A DNA stretch of 64,000 nucleotides, from positions 124,001 through 188,000 of the forward strand of contig JAQGDQ010000448.1 in the NCBI GenBank assembly GCA_030141605.1, given 5' to 3'. Under the pieces are notes generated by a model. That model was not told where the DNA came from and did not search any database. It saw only the letters and a list, made by a program, of their open reading frames with translations. Shown here one piece after another: positions 27,303 to 40,040 of this stretch. Origin of the DNA: Tubiluchus corallicola (taxonomy: Eukaryota > Animalia > Priapulida). The position numbers were made by a program, and so were the translations under genes. The stretch's first letter is position 1. Each line of letters starts with the position of its first letter.

Positions 27303-28574
27303 ATGCATAGAGGAGTGACAATACCAGCATCCCCAGTGTCACCAGCTGAGCTCATCGACCGTACAAGATCTGACATTAAACTCGTTAACCGTCTTCAGTC
27401 ACCCGTGACAGATTACTTTGATGACGAAGATAGTGATGATGATTACGAACCAGAGTACAGACAAATAGAACAGATGCATTTGGACTATGACTGTGATACT
27501 TTTAAACCGATAGTTGACACTAAAGATGCCACTGACAATCCTTTTGTAAAAATGTGCCTGATTGCCTACAGCCAACACCGGCCCATTGCAATTACACCCG
27601 ACTTATTATGGCATTATATTCGCAATGCAGTTGCCATACATGTAAATAAAAACTCTGAGGCATTACGCAGTGTATTTGTCAAACACAAAAGGAAAACTGT
27701 ATTAAATGTTCATCGAAAGGATTTTGTGAGATGTCAAAACAACAACTGGCCAAGTGTGTTTCAGGAATTTAGGCAACTGATTGAATTAAATTTGAAAGAA
27801 AGTGCAAAACCACTGATATGTGAACGGTTCAGCACGACATCGAAGACGTTATACGACATTTCATGTATTGCCTTGATGGACGTTATGCAGTCATATTTTG
27901 ACTATACCCTGTGTACAGAATGTGGAATACCAAGTGTGAGTTTGTTAGGCAAGTTGGATGACTGGAAAAAATTAAACAAAGTTACAGAAGATTTGTTAAA
28001 TATGTTTCAAGGCATGCCTAAAGGAACAGACCTGGAGTGGTGGAGATGTGGATTAAAGCCAGTTCTTGAAAAGCTTGTTCACTGTTACCAAAATCCGGAA
28101 GACCATTCATTACAGGATTGGATGGCAAGAATTTTCAAATATAATAAAGAGGCTGGATCTGGCGCTGTTGCTTATGTTACAGGCTGGATAAACGTGTTTT
28201 TTCCGTATATAGGCAGCGGTGAAAAGGAACAGAATCCTCTTGCACAAGTTTCCTCATATCCTAAACTAGAAAGGCATATTGGGAAAGCAGTTGGTGGAAT
28301 ATCTCACTTTTATGAACCAAACGACACACCTTCGATGTGGCAGGACGAGTATTTTGCTTGTCATTTTAAGAAAATCGAGCTGAAAGACTTTGCAATGGGT
28401 CTTTCTCAAGCTCCATTCATATGGATACATCACGGTCAAACATTGAAAATGGACTTTCTAGGTGGACCCTGTTGCATTACAGAACAAGTGAGAGAGGAAG
28501 GATCAGCAGCACCACTAGGTTCTTTACATGTTCAGTCAGGTTGGGCAGTTGCATACAGTGACCCAAAGAAATAA
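27303..28574 (+). CDS. DUF4419 domain protein, intronless CDS, 423 aa
   Basis: Single long ORF with DUF4419-type motifs as recalled: AYSQHRPIAITPDLLW, FSTT, MDVMQSYFDY, CGIPSVSLLGKLDDW, GSG...VTGWINVFFPY, C-terminal GWAV. Probable 5'UTR intron (donor GTAAGG at 26781, acceptor at ~27249). Confidence 0.88.
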   Translation: MHRGVTIPASPVSPAELIDRTRSDIKLVNRLQSPVTDYFDDEDSDDDYEPEYRQIEQMHLDYDCDTFKPIVDTKDATDNPFVKMCLIAYSQHRPIAITPDLLWHYIRNAVAIHVNKNSEALRSVFVKHKRKTVLNVHRKDFVRCQNNNWPSVFQEFRQLIELNLKESAKPLICERFSTTSKTLYDISCIALMDVMQSYFDYTLCTECGIPSVSLLGKLDDWKKLNKVTEDLLNMFQGMPKGTDLEWWRCGLKPVLEKLVHCYQNPEDHSLQDWMARIFKYNKEAGSGAVAYVTGWINVFFPYIGSGEKEQNPLAQVSSYPKLERHIGKAVGGISHFYEPNDTPSMWQDEYFACHFKKIELKDFAMGLSQAPFIWIHHGQTLKMDFLGGPCCITEQVREEGSAAPLGSLHVQSGWAVAYSDPKK

Positions 28575-28659
28575 TCAAGTTAATAATTTATAATCTGTTT
28601 TTATGACTGATCAGTCTAAAAACTAAAAAAAATTGAGAATACCCTTGACAGAAACAATG

Positions 28660-28990
28660 CTGGGAGTCGGTGTAGTACGTACATACAGAAATTGGTACAG
28701 ATGGTCTGCAATTCGATGTAGAATGAAGATGCAAGGAATAGATCATCTACAGCGGCTAAATGCAACCTGACTGCAGCTAAATAAAGCTGCACTAGGCACG
28801 GACACAAGTGCAATAGGTGCTATGACACATGAGAGCTCTCAGGGGCAGCTAAAATGAGAAATGTTGAACTGGCATTAGTACGCTATCATTGGTTAGACAG
28901 AAATAGAAGAGGACTAATGATTTCGTGATTTCGTGACTAAAAATAAATTTTAGAATTTGCAACAAAGTTACCAAATAAATTGGCAAGATG
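28660..28990 (+). mobile_element. Highly decayed pogo-like transposase HTH remnant
   Basis: Broken translation KMRNVELALVRY..RNRRGLMIS*..ILEFATKL resembles the CENP-B-type HTH of pogo transposases. Confidence 0.3.
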
Positions 28991-29759
28991 ATTACACATG
29001 CAGATGACAAAAATGACTAAAATTAATGCTATTTCACACTAATAATGTTTATGGTAAACCATTCTTCTAAAGATGGATGAATGAATGAAGAGATAATGTA
29101 TGTTTTTTACCTGCCCAACTGGTTAAAATATTTTTCAAGAGGTAAACATGCATCTAAACTCGGTGCACCAAACTTTGGTAGAAAGAAGTAGTTAGTTGGA
29201 TAAGGTCAAGTTTATGGCATGCATTAGTCAGTCACGTCATGTTTTTATTATCCAGAAAAAATAAATGCAACTAATTATTGTTACGAGATGTTTATATTAC
29301 ACAAGATTTCTGCAAACAATAAATGTTGCAAAATTATATGCCCGAGTTTAGCTAAACAGTAACTTAGTTAATCCTCATTTTTGAGCTTTAATGGCCTTTA
29401 TGCCATGCAAGCCGATACTGAATACAATTAAAAGTTGTTAAAGGTAACATTAATAGATGTATTATATATATATTAATTATAATATTAATATACATTATTT
29501 TAATAGCAACAAAAATATATTATCTATAATATGCACACACGCACGCACACAAACACACATGCATAAAATACACAGTACTATACTGACATAATACTGAGTT
29601 AAAATTCATTACTTTTTTAACAAAGAATAAATATACATGTACATTATTTTTACGTAACATTACATAATTAAAGAGTAAAAGCAATGGATGGCCATTGGAC
29701 GACAAGCCATGGTTACTAACAAAATGTGGCTTAAGACACAAGACAAAATTTAAAACACA

Positions 29760-30433
29760 CAGTATAACACCATTCTAGCGGCCACAGTTTATTACGTACA
29801 TCACGGTAATGCGAATACGTAAAGAAAAAATGAATTTTCATCATTTACTTAACTAGCAGAATAGCTATGAAAACAACGTACATGGTTATTGTGTATTGCA
29901 GACTTTCTTTCGGGTCCCATTGTTTGCATTACAATGTATTTGTAAGTCTTTATTGCTTACGTTAGCTTTGACAGCTGTTTGTAAATTAATTTACAGTTAA
30001 ATTTAACCCGCTATTCCTTCTGCTGCAAAAAGGTTGTTGGGCTGGTAGCGCATTCCCAAGATGTTTTGTGCACACAAAATTGAATGACTATTGACTCTTA
30101 CTGACTTATCTGAACATGTCATGTAAATTTACAGCTCAAAGTGTACGTGCAGTTTAATAGAAAAATCATAAATCATTCATTAATTTTTAGTTTATCAAAG
30201 TGACAGAATAAATTTCATTGAATTTGAATAATGCTTCAAAATAGTTGATACTTGATAGCATCTTCTGAAGGTACTTTACATTCTCTATGAAGCTATACAG
30301 TGTGCACTATTTTTTATTAATACATGCTTGTTGATCTGGTAATCATATACGTACGGTTAGCCTCGTATGTTTCTAGAGTACTTAAATTGTTTTTCTGGGT
30401 CCCTAGCGGGTTCACTATAACGACATTATACCG
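29760..30433. mobile_element. pogo/Tigger-family MITE
   Basis: Left end CAGTATAACACCATTCTAGCG. Right end (reverse complement) CGGTATAATGTCGTTATAGTGAACCCGCTAGGGACCCAG, followed by TA. The same terminus recurs at 63469. Confidence 0.7.
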
Positions 30434-31286
30434 TAGTTTGCAGCACAACTGATTCGTCATTTCACAGGCATATAGCATGCATAGCAGTTACCTAAACACT
30501 GTTGTTAGGTCATACACTACGTGTCGAGGAGTATCATGGCAAAACTCACATATAATAATTATAGCAACTAATACTAAGTTAACATGATTATAGCAACTAA
30601 GTTAACACGTCAGCAGACTATGAAAGGACTGCATACAACAAAATGTTTTCAGTAGCCCTTTAACAACTGTGCAAGAACTGAACTTGTGTAATGTTGTGCC
30701 CAAACTGAGTTGCAAATATAATATAAACATGAGCAAATGGCTAGGTGTTAGCAGTTAAATGCAGATTCAACAGATAATAAGCTCTTTCTTTGAATGCCCA
30801 CATTAATGCACATCATGGCATGTTAGTTTCAACAAATTTGGTTAAGCTATAATGTATTTAAGCATTAATGATGATTGTTTTTTAAAATTCTCCTCAGTGC
30901 AACTACCAACCATGCACTAGCCTTTGGTTACATAGAAAGAAACCAGTGGCAGCAGGCTGATGGATAAAAGTTGTTTACAGATGAAAATGTTCTGCAATGG
31001 AACTTAATTGCCTCACTTGGCATATCTTTCTAGTGGCATTCAGTGGAAGATCCATTGTAAATGGTGAAGACCACTTTTCTAGTAGATGGCAACTGCTGGG
31101 CAATCCGCATTTCAACCTAGTTGTCACGTGATTTATTAGGTATTCAACTGGATTCTCGAACATGCAAGCCCTCCAGGCAGTGCCGCAAGTTGCTGATTCT
31201 TGGTACAATTTAAATTTACAGAAGGAGAGCATTTCTGAGTACTGTCTCGGAAAGTCTTCATCAGATTAATGAACCTGTAAATAATC

Positions 31287-34200
31287 CTATCCTGGTAGAT
31301 GTTCGGAGATGCAGTGACACTTGAGGCCATACAATAAACGGAAAATTTTGTATGGCCAACACTTGTAACAGGTATAGTGGATTCTAAAGTGTTGTTTGAA
31401 GAATAACCTTGACATAAATGTCAGTTTACACAATTCACATACCCAAAGTTGAGCTGCAAAGAAAAAAGAAGCAGATTAGCAAATGTTCAATGAGAAAAAC
31501 TCAATGATAATATCAATGATCACTAAGCAACCAGATTTGCCTTAACAAGCCAAAGTTTAGATTGTAACAATATTAGAAGCAAATATGCTACAAGTTGAAA
31601 TTTCACAGTGTGGCGTTACAGTAAATTAGCTTTAGGCTGCAGAAAGTTACGGGTTTATAGCTTTAATGGTTGTTAATACTATAGTCGAAAAGCTCTAGCA
31701 TGTCAGTTAATCATCAATTTAAAAACAGCCATGTTGGTGCCTAATAGATGGCAGCAAAATAAGAAAGAAATCACTTGATGGCAGTTTACATCACAGTTTT
31801 CACCACAGAAGATGAAGTACTGATAAAATTTATCAAGAAAAAACTGGTAAAACACAAATTTATAAAGACTTCCCCAGCAAAAGAGTAATACAAGGCTCAT
31901 GTGAATGGAATAATAAAAATAGTATGAAATAATAGCAAGACCTTTTAACATAGAAACAGTGTGGGATATACCCTGTTTCTATGTTAGGGAGGCAGCCCCC
32001 CCTCCGCATATATACGTTATGTTGTGAATCTATAGATATAAATATTCTATATATGGGTCAGCCCCCACATATACCACATGTAAGCCCACCCAGGGGCTGC
32101 ATTTTTGCAATACTATTATAGTTGGTCATTTTCCACGTTCAAAATTTCATTTTCGGCTTCATCAGTAACCTCATGTAGTAGCACTTAAGAGATGCTGGTA
32201 TTTAATGTACTGGCTATTCTTCAAAATTTTTAACACATCCGAACTCTTTGATGCCAAACTGTTTAGTCTTGATGCCGAACTACCATCTTATGTGAAAGTA
32301 ATTGTAGCAAAAAATAAATTTCTTCATAGGTTACTCAAAACACGTGTATTATTTGCATGTTAAGCACTTACGTACTGTTGGTTTTGCTGTACTATGTAAT
32401 GCTTTCAATTCACTTCAAAATCCATTTACTGTAAAAAATTACATCTCCACTATACATGAACGTAAGGTGTGCAAAGGAAATTTAATTAGACACTGGTTTT
32501 CAACTCATATTCGAATGAGAATTCAGTATGGTTGTGGTGGCGGTGGCGGCAAATATGTATATCTTAGGGGATATGTTTGTCAAAATCCAAAAAATTGCAT
32601 AAAAGTTATTCTCAAATAGTTTCAAACAGCTGCACAAGTGTTGGCCAGATATCCTTCTTTGGAACCTTGTTTCCTCATTACCTACCTGTATTTTTTACGT
32701 GCTGATTAAATCGTACAAGAACATGCGCAGCCCGGATGTGGCGGTCATCGCTTCTGATCAACTTTATTCGAGTCCTAAAAACGAAAGAGCTACATGATTT
32801 GAAATTGATGTAATTTTTATACAACAAACAACAGTACATGTTAATATGACCTTATATAACTAAATATTGTCAATAAAGAATTTTCAGAAAAGCCATGGAG
32901 TAATCAAGAAGTTTAAAGTACAAGCATAATCCATTATTTAATTGTTAGAGAAATTGTATAATAACAGTGTCTAATAACAGCTAATTTGCTAGCATTATTC
33001 TTGTTTACCACAGATTCCAGATGCAGAATGATATTAACGGCATGCAGCTGTAACCCAAAAACTACAAACAAGAATGTGGTACAAAATAATGCTAATGCCT
33101 TATTATCTAAAATAAAAGTTACAATTATTTGATACTTTATAAAAAAGAAAAAATAAGAGACATTAAAGAAACAACAATTACAGTTTGTTATACAGTCTAC
33201 AATTGAAATGGTTAAAGAATAGCAACGAATAGGCAAAAATGTTATTTATCTGCAGCATACTGCAAATAACAGGTTGCAAATGAGTTTCACATAAATTTTA
33301 GCCTGAGATTCTAACTCTAACACTAATGGCTAGCTAGACTCCACAATTTACTAAAAACAATAATAATATTTATTGCTAACTTAACACAATTCAAACCAAG
33401 CTACAATGATTATTAATGAGGCAGTCCATCAGATGAAAGTAAAATTAAGCTCGGACATTCCAGTTTGAATTTACTTTTACTAATTCGACTTTCAAATAAG
33501 TAATCACAAAGAGCATTAAATCCAATAAATTAGATTCTATGACTCTAGTCAAGACAGAATCGATTCCCAGAAGGATTCTGATTTGACATGAAGAGAATGA
33601 GAAATATTGAAATCTGATTTGGTTCGAATTCAAAAGCATTAACTTCTATTTGGATTTCGCTTGTAATTCAATTTTTAATAATAATGGGTACTGTTGATTA
33701 GGGTTGTTATTCAGGCAAGATAACACTGATAGTTTGGACAAGGTGCAAAAATAGTCACAAAAGCTGCAACAGATCTTTCCTATAATTTGCATCAGTAAAA
33801 TTGCTTTTTACTCATTGTTACACTTATCTATGTTTTGCTCTGATAAAATTCAAAGCATTTAAATAAAACTGCATTTTAATTGGTTACGATTAACTGGTTT
33901 AACTAATTAAGGAGTTCGATAGCTCATTTCAATTACAATTTTCTTTGACTATTGCTTAAACTAGTTACACCTAAACTCAAAAGATTAAAAAAATTTCCTT
34001 TTGTTGTCGTGGACAATTATTAACTCAAATTTAAAAAGTATATCTAGCATAGTACAAAAAACTTTGCAATAGACTAGCTTTTTTCAAAATTATGCAGTTG
34101 GCACTAAAAGAAGATATGCAGGTTCTGAAAATGGTGCTACCTTCTAGAAAGAAAAATTTTGAGGGGAAATCAAGATTACATTTAATATTATGGTAATAGG

Positions 34201-37200
34201 TGAGAATTGCGGTTGCCTTCTGCATAGAAAGATGTGACTTTGATACCGATCTCGAGTTAAATCAAAGATTGATCACATACAGAGTTTTATGTTACACCTA
34301 AGCATATGGATGCACCAAGCGTCATGTAATGTTGCCCAATTGAACAGTTAGCAGTTGGCTTGGCGACAAAAAGATCAGTGAGATAAGTTACAAGTAGTGG
34401 CAGCACATCTAATGAAAATCAGTAGCACCATTTGCTCACAAGACAGCTATAATGTAATGGATCTGTCGATTTTTACCAAAGAAGTTCAAATGAACGTTCG
34501 AGAATCAGCAGCAGCCTTTAGTAGAGCAAAAATAGAGGTCTTTTATTATAGCAGCTAGTCTAGTACCACTAAATAGCTACTGCTTAGGAGCTTAGTCCTA
34601 CTAATGCCTATACAGTACAATCATTGTTTAAAAACTCAATTTAGCGATGTTTTATTTTAACGATGCTGAACATGTGACACCTTCTTCTCACTTAATGATG
34701 CATGTTTAATTCAACAACAATTTTTTTACTTTGGCCAACCATATGAGAAAGAAAAAAATTTGTTGGCTATAGCAAAATTTAACATACTGCATTCTACCTT
34801 AGCAGTTAACCTCGCGATGAAACTTTTCACACATTACCAAGATATATATACATACTTAATTGCAATAAAATTATTTGCACAAACTAAACATATTTATAAA
34901 AGCACATTTGTAGTCTTTTGGTGCTTAAATTGGACTTTTAACATACCGTAGATGTAGCTGCATGTTATCTGCTCTGACTAGGCTAACAAAGCACCTGAAA
35001 ATAAAATTAGTTATACAGTGTTTTAACACAAATTTCAGTGCGCATTTTACAATACAAAACATAACATCACATGGCAAAGAAAAGTTGTTACGTATATTCG
35101 GCTTGCATAATTGTAAGTTTCGACCTAAGCCAGAAAGAGAAAAACTATAATAGTTTCACTGCATGCTAATTTTAGAAAATAACAAAACACGACAAACACA
35201 TCCACATTGTGATGCGGCAATTGCGAACCAACTGGAATTTCCTTTAAAAACATAGTTCAACAAATTTTATGATGTTAAAGTTTTGTTCATTTTACAATTA
35301 GAAGCATGCATTAGCTTATTATAGTGTTATAACATACGTTATACATGGCACAAAGACAGATGCAAAATCTATATGCAGATTCCACAAGTGCTGTTTCATT
35401 GACTTTATGGCACACAGACTTTTATTAAGAAAGCTTAATTTTCTGTCTCAGACAAAATCATCCTGCTCTTGTGTTCAAGCTCAGTACAAACACATTTGTT
35501 TGTATTTTAGACAAAACCGGATCAGAACAATAAAAAGCAATCGTTTAGTCAAGTATTATCTAATAATAATTGCTTACTGAGATTTACCCATGAGAATGTT
35601 TGCTTCATAGAAAAGCTGTCGTGCGCGGGCAAAATTCATCTGAGACAGAATGCAGCAGACAGTTTGTTCGCAGACAGACATTTTTACAGTGTGTAATTAG
35701 TGTTCTATTTTTTTAACCTTAAAAACTAAAGATGAACAAAAGCCAACAAAAATAGCTAAATCTTGCAGAAGTAGTTTCCCCAACAACGCTTCTTAAACAA
35801 ACTAAAAAGTGAGTTGCAGTTCATACTGTTCATTCATTACCTTCGTCCATTAAAGTAATCCTTTCCCATTGCATAGGCATAAAGGCGAATATTTGGCTCA
35901 CTAAAAAAGCAAAATGTCCAAATAAGGCAAAATGAAATGTTTCATGTAATATCACACATCTGTTCTAGTGATTATCATGACAGGGAAGACAACAGCGAGT
36001 TATTATACAACTTTATTCTAAAATGGCATTGACAACGAGAGGGAGATCTGTAAAGTATTTGGCCAACAGATGGTAGCACAATATACGAAAGGTAATTTAA
36101 GGCTTAGCCTTAAGTTCAGTTAATATTACGATTTGGAGAGAATTATACTAGACTTTCATAAGAATATTGGCTTCTTAAAGCATTATTCTTAAAGCCCTCA
36201 AGCTCACCTTAAAATGCAGACTGAGTATTATGCATACACAGTCAATAATTACGCTTCCACAAAATTTTTACAGAATTAGACATGAATGAAAGTTAAGTGG
36301 ATTAATAAAAACAATACAGCATTTGAAAGCCCTTGTAAATCTTTTGCCCACATCAGTGCAGAAGGTCAAGAATAATCACACTAAAACAGACTAACAGTAA
36401 TTACAAAATTAACCACAGTCCACAAACAAAGCTAATTGTAATAGAAGCGAAGGCTGACTGCTGGCGGCTGTCTGCTGAGCGAGCAATGTAATGTTAAAAA
36501 ACTTTGAATAAGTGACTGCGCGACCTACACGCACGCCAAATCAATTTATTTTCTCTCTAGCATTTCGGGAACGTAAAAATACATAAACATAAATGGTAAA
36601 AGTGTTAATTAAGGTAGAAAAAATCAACGAGATAGGGCAGCGAATCGACTAAAGACTAAAAAGTCATCAAGTCAGCTACCCTTCATTTGGCAACAAAATA
36701 GATAATTTGGGTGCTGGTTAACATGGCTAATTAAATAATGATGCAAAGTTGTTTATTAAATAGTAAAACACAATTATGATCTATACACATCGTTAGTATA
36801 AAGTTGATGTTTTTTAGATATAATTATGCCTTGTCAAATTATTTACAGTAATCCAAATATATAAGTGAAACATATATTTAAAAAAGAATGAAACAAAAAA
36901 TGAACGTTTTTAAAAGACTCAGTACTAGACCTGTAGTAGAAACACAATGACATATTACTATAATGAAAATTATGATACTGATAATAATAACAATAATGAA
37001 AATAGAACATGAAACTGTAATGTGCTGTAGCAACATAACCTAGGCCTAGATACCAGTAACTACTGTTAGTGATGACAGTAGAACAAGAGGTCAGTCCAAA
37101 AAAATTGATGAAGAGATTTTCTAGACTTGAGTCACTTGATCTTAGGAAATATAGTTTTAGCCAAAGAGTTATTAATATTTGAAAGCAGTTAACTAAGGAA

Positions 37201-37520
37201 GGGGTGAACCCTGCCAGTGTAAATGTTTTCAAAGGTCACTTGGAGGAGTTCTTGAAGATGATTGGGGGCACAACACAAGCTTGTCTAAGCTTACAGCCCC
37301 AGTTACCATCGCCACCAATATTTACATTGCCATATAGATGAAGTTGGTGGGCGTCACTCGTCAGTAAGTAACAGTCGCGAGGATAGGAAGGCATTGCTAT
37401 AGGCCTCACTTTTTTAACATCGATGAGAATGAAATAGTGTGAATTTGGTGCAGCATGGGTTGTTTCGACGCAACGAGAGTTGTTTATTTTTGTTGAGTTT
37501 CTGGTGTTTGAAAATTTCAT
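31287..37520 (-). CDS. Small C2H2 zinc-finger protein, 4 exons, ~198 aa
   Basis: Minus-strand exons 37520-37240, 35900-35841, 32774-32686 and 31453-31287 have AG/GT ends and compatible phases (2,2,1), totalling 597 nt. The last exon encodes WVCELCKLTFMSRLFFKQHFRIH and YTCYKCWPYKIFRLLYGLKCHCISEH, then LPG*. The first exon and its weak GTGACC donor are less certain. Confidence 0.7.
31946..31986. repeat. Perfect 14-bp inverted repeat (hairpin), probably a transposon end
   Basis: TAACATAGAAACAG-13 nt-CTGTTTCTATGTTA, followed by GGGAGGCAGCCCCCC. Confidence 0.7.
35440..35655. mobile_element. MITE-like imperfect inverted repeat
   Basis: TTCTGTCTCAGACAAAATCATCCTGCTC ... GCGCGGGCAAAATTCATCTGAGACAGAA. 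Confidence 0.45.
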
Positions 37521-39458
37521 ACTAATATTAGTAATAATAGTAAGTTTTGTTATTGTTGTGTATGAAATGCGTTACTAAAATGCACAAGAATTTAATGGTG
37601 CCAAAATGATTTTTTGTAAATTGCTGCTTTCGTATTTTGAACTATTTTCTCAGTAGCTTTTCTAAATATAGTAATACTATTACTAATACTAATAGACTAG
37701 TAGTACTAGTAATACTATGGCTAGTTTCTGTAACTAAGGTGCAAACTTATTGCATAGTGTACTTTTGTAAAAGATATTGCTCCTTTTATATTGTTGCTAT
37801 TTGCTATAAATAAACATAAGCAAACAAACTGTTTGCGAGCAATAACAGAAACGCTTCAGGCAATGTCAAATCAAATCAATTAATGAATTATTCTTTATCT
37901 CAGTGCATAACATTAATTAAAATTAAGCATGATTTATAGCTAATCAAATAGGAAGAAGTGGCGAAAAATATACGTTATCGAGTCAGCCACCTCAGCTCAG
38001 TTCTATTTATAAATATTTCGCATGCAGTGCGGATGATCGCTGTTCAAATTTAATAATGTTGAATTAAGTACTTGTTTTCACCTATGTAACATCAAGCATG
38101 TATATGATAACAATGATGACACAGTCGTGAGAATCATGTAAAATCAGGAAAGATTTAGAAAATGAAAAATTGAACTAAGTTGACTTTCCCAACTGTCGAT
38201 TATTGGTGATCCTTATATGTTATTAATGAAAACAATGAAAGTAACAAAAACGGACCATTGTATTGCATGTGACTACATTTATCCTCTAGTGTTTTACTTT
38301 ATTTTTAGGTTCAATGCGATTAGTACACTTTTTAAATATATTTCAAGTCCAACAGTTTTTAGTTTTCATGAACTTTAAATCGTGTAAAATATAGCAAGAT
38401 ACCATGAGAACAATAATCACTTGTTTACAGCTACTATGTTGATATACCTTTTGTAAAAATTGCATTATTTGAAGCCTAATAACTAGTCTCAAGCCATTAG
38501 CTGTTAATCCCTGACTATAATGTTTTCAAGTAATGATAAAGAAATTTTATCAACCTGATGTTTCTGTTATGATTTAACGCTGACTCCCGAAATCATTGAT
38601 GAAAATCACCTGTATGGAAACTAGCCCAGCAGTTTCAGTTTTTGAATCGCATGTACTGTATTCGCAATTAACTTTATGTCTCTAAGATTTTAATCACTGT
38701 ATTATATAAAGTTTTTGTCTTGTGAACTCAATGGAGATGATGTGAATGGACGCTGATAACATGCAAGATCAATCTGTAACTGATACTGAACGTTATTGAA
38801 AGTACTGATAGCGAAAGATCAATTTCGGTGTCTCATTTTTAACAACAACAAAGAAAGTGGTGTTCCTAATTATCATATAATAGTATTGTGACGTACACGT
38901 ATGTCATCATGACATCATAGAAAAAAACTTCTGGAGCACTTTTTTGTCAGTCGGTAATATATATGGTATTAGAGGCTAGATGGTTTTAAAGATGTAACTG
39001 ATTTTTAATTCCAGTAGGCGCAGTCTTGGATTTATGCGTATATCTCAAATACTAATCTCGATTTTAACCAATTAATATATCAGGTTGCCTGAATACTAAC
39101 AGAATATGAAAGAGAAAAAATTCTATTACAGTTTGTTCTAGGTACCTCCCTACTATCAACTATCTTTACCCACCTGTATAATTTATTAACTTATATACTT
39201 TATATAAATTTTGTGGCATGACTGGCTTGAAATTTCCTGCATCAAGGCTAGTAAAGGTCACGTGAAATAATATCTGACTTGCACTTTTTAATATTGAAAA
39301 TTTAGGTCCAATCAGTTATAAATGACTTTTGATTTAAGCTTAAACATTGGCACAAAAATTTGCTTATCACCTAAAAATTATGTGAATGCTGAGCTTTTCT
39401 TATTTAGGTGTGAATGGAATTTTGAAAGTTTTTGACTGTGAATAAATTTCCTTGTGTG

Positions 39459-40040
39459 ATGACTTCTAATATTGAAGAAGTGGCAAGACAGTTAGTTCAG
39501 AAGATATTGAGTAGAGCAACAGAATTATTTGTTTTGGAAAATGAAAAGCAAATTGCTGAAGCTGAAAGCCTTTGTAGCAAAGCTTTAATCAATCTCGATG
39601 CACTTCTTCGATGGGAGAATGTAGTACGGGAAAATGATTTCGTTGTCCCAAACATTGATTGGCCTTCAGTTAAAAGCTTTAATGCCAAAATTGGTGAAGA
39701 AAAGATCGAAGATTTTATGAAGACATGGAATTTGAATGATAAGTGGCTCCACTTTACTGAATTTTTACGCATGGAGGCACATGCTTACAGTGACCACTAC
39801 ATGTACAGAGTCACCTGGAGCATTCCAACACAGGTGGAGCCAATTCCTCGTGTTACAGCTGCCGTTTATTTTACTCTGGAGGTGCCATTTCATAAGTCGG
39901 ACGATAACTTAATTAATGTGTACTACGTTTTTGAAAATAATCACCTCATTCACCGGCCAGGTTATTCCAGATTTCGAGAAAAGTGGTTGTCAGACATTCT
40001 GCAAAGCAAATTAATCTTGATTAAACGGTTGAAATTTTAA
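39459..40040 (+). CDS. AKAP14: A-kinase anchor protein 14-like (AKAP28 domain), intronless CDS
   Basis: Matches recalled human AKAP14 motifs: NIDWPSVKSF....GEEKIEDF, YMYRVTWSIPT..PIPRVTAAVYFT, IHRPGYSRFREKW. N-terminal amphipathic helix IEEVARQLVQKILSRAT is like an RII-binding helix. First ATG is at 39459 (the ORF track starts at TTG 39432). Acceptor TTTAG at ~39407 suggests a 5'UTR intron. Confidence 0.92.
   Translation: MTSNIEEVARQLVQKILSRATELFVLENEKQIAEAESLCSKALINLDALLRWENVVRENDFVVPNIDWPSVKSFNAKIGEEKIEDFMKTWNLNDKWLHFTEFLRMEAHAYSDHYMYRVTWSIPTQVEPIPRVTAAVYFTLEVPFHKSDDNLINVYYVFENNHLIHRPGYSRFREKWLSDILQSKLILIKRLKF

Noticed and set aside
30975-31330. ORFs 30975-31232 and 31136-31330 as genes
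   Set aside because: They lie in or overlap the 3'UTR of the zinc-finger gene in other frames and have no recognisable motifs.
39084-39097. RFX X-box upstream of AKAP14 (GTTGCCTGAATAC)
   Set aside because: Only a partial match to the consensus, and not distinguishable from chance without conservation data.
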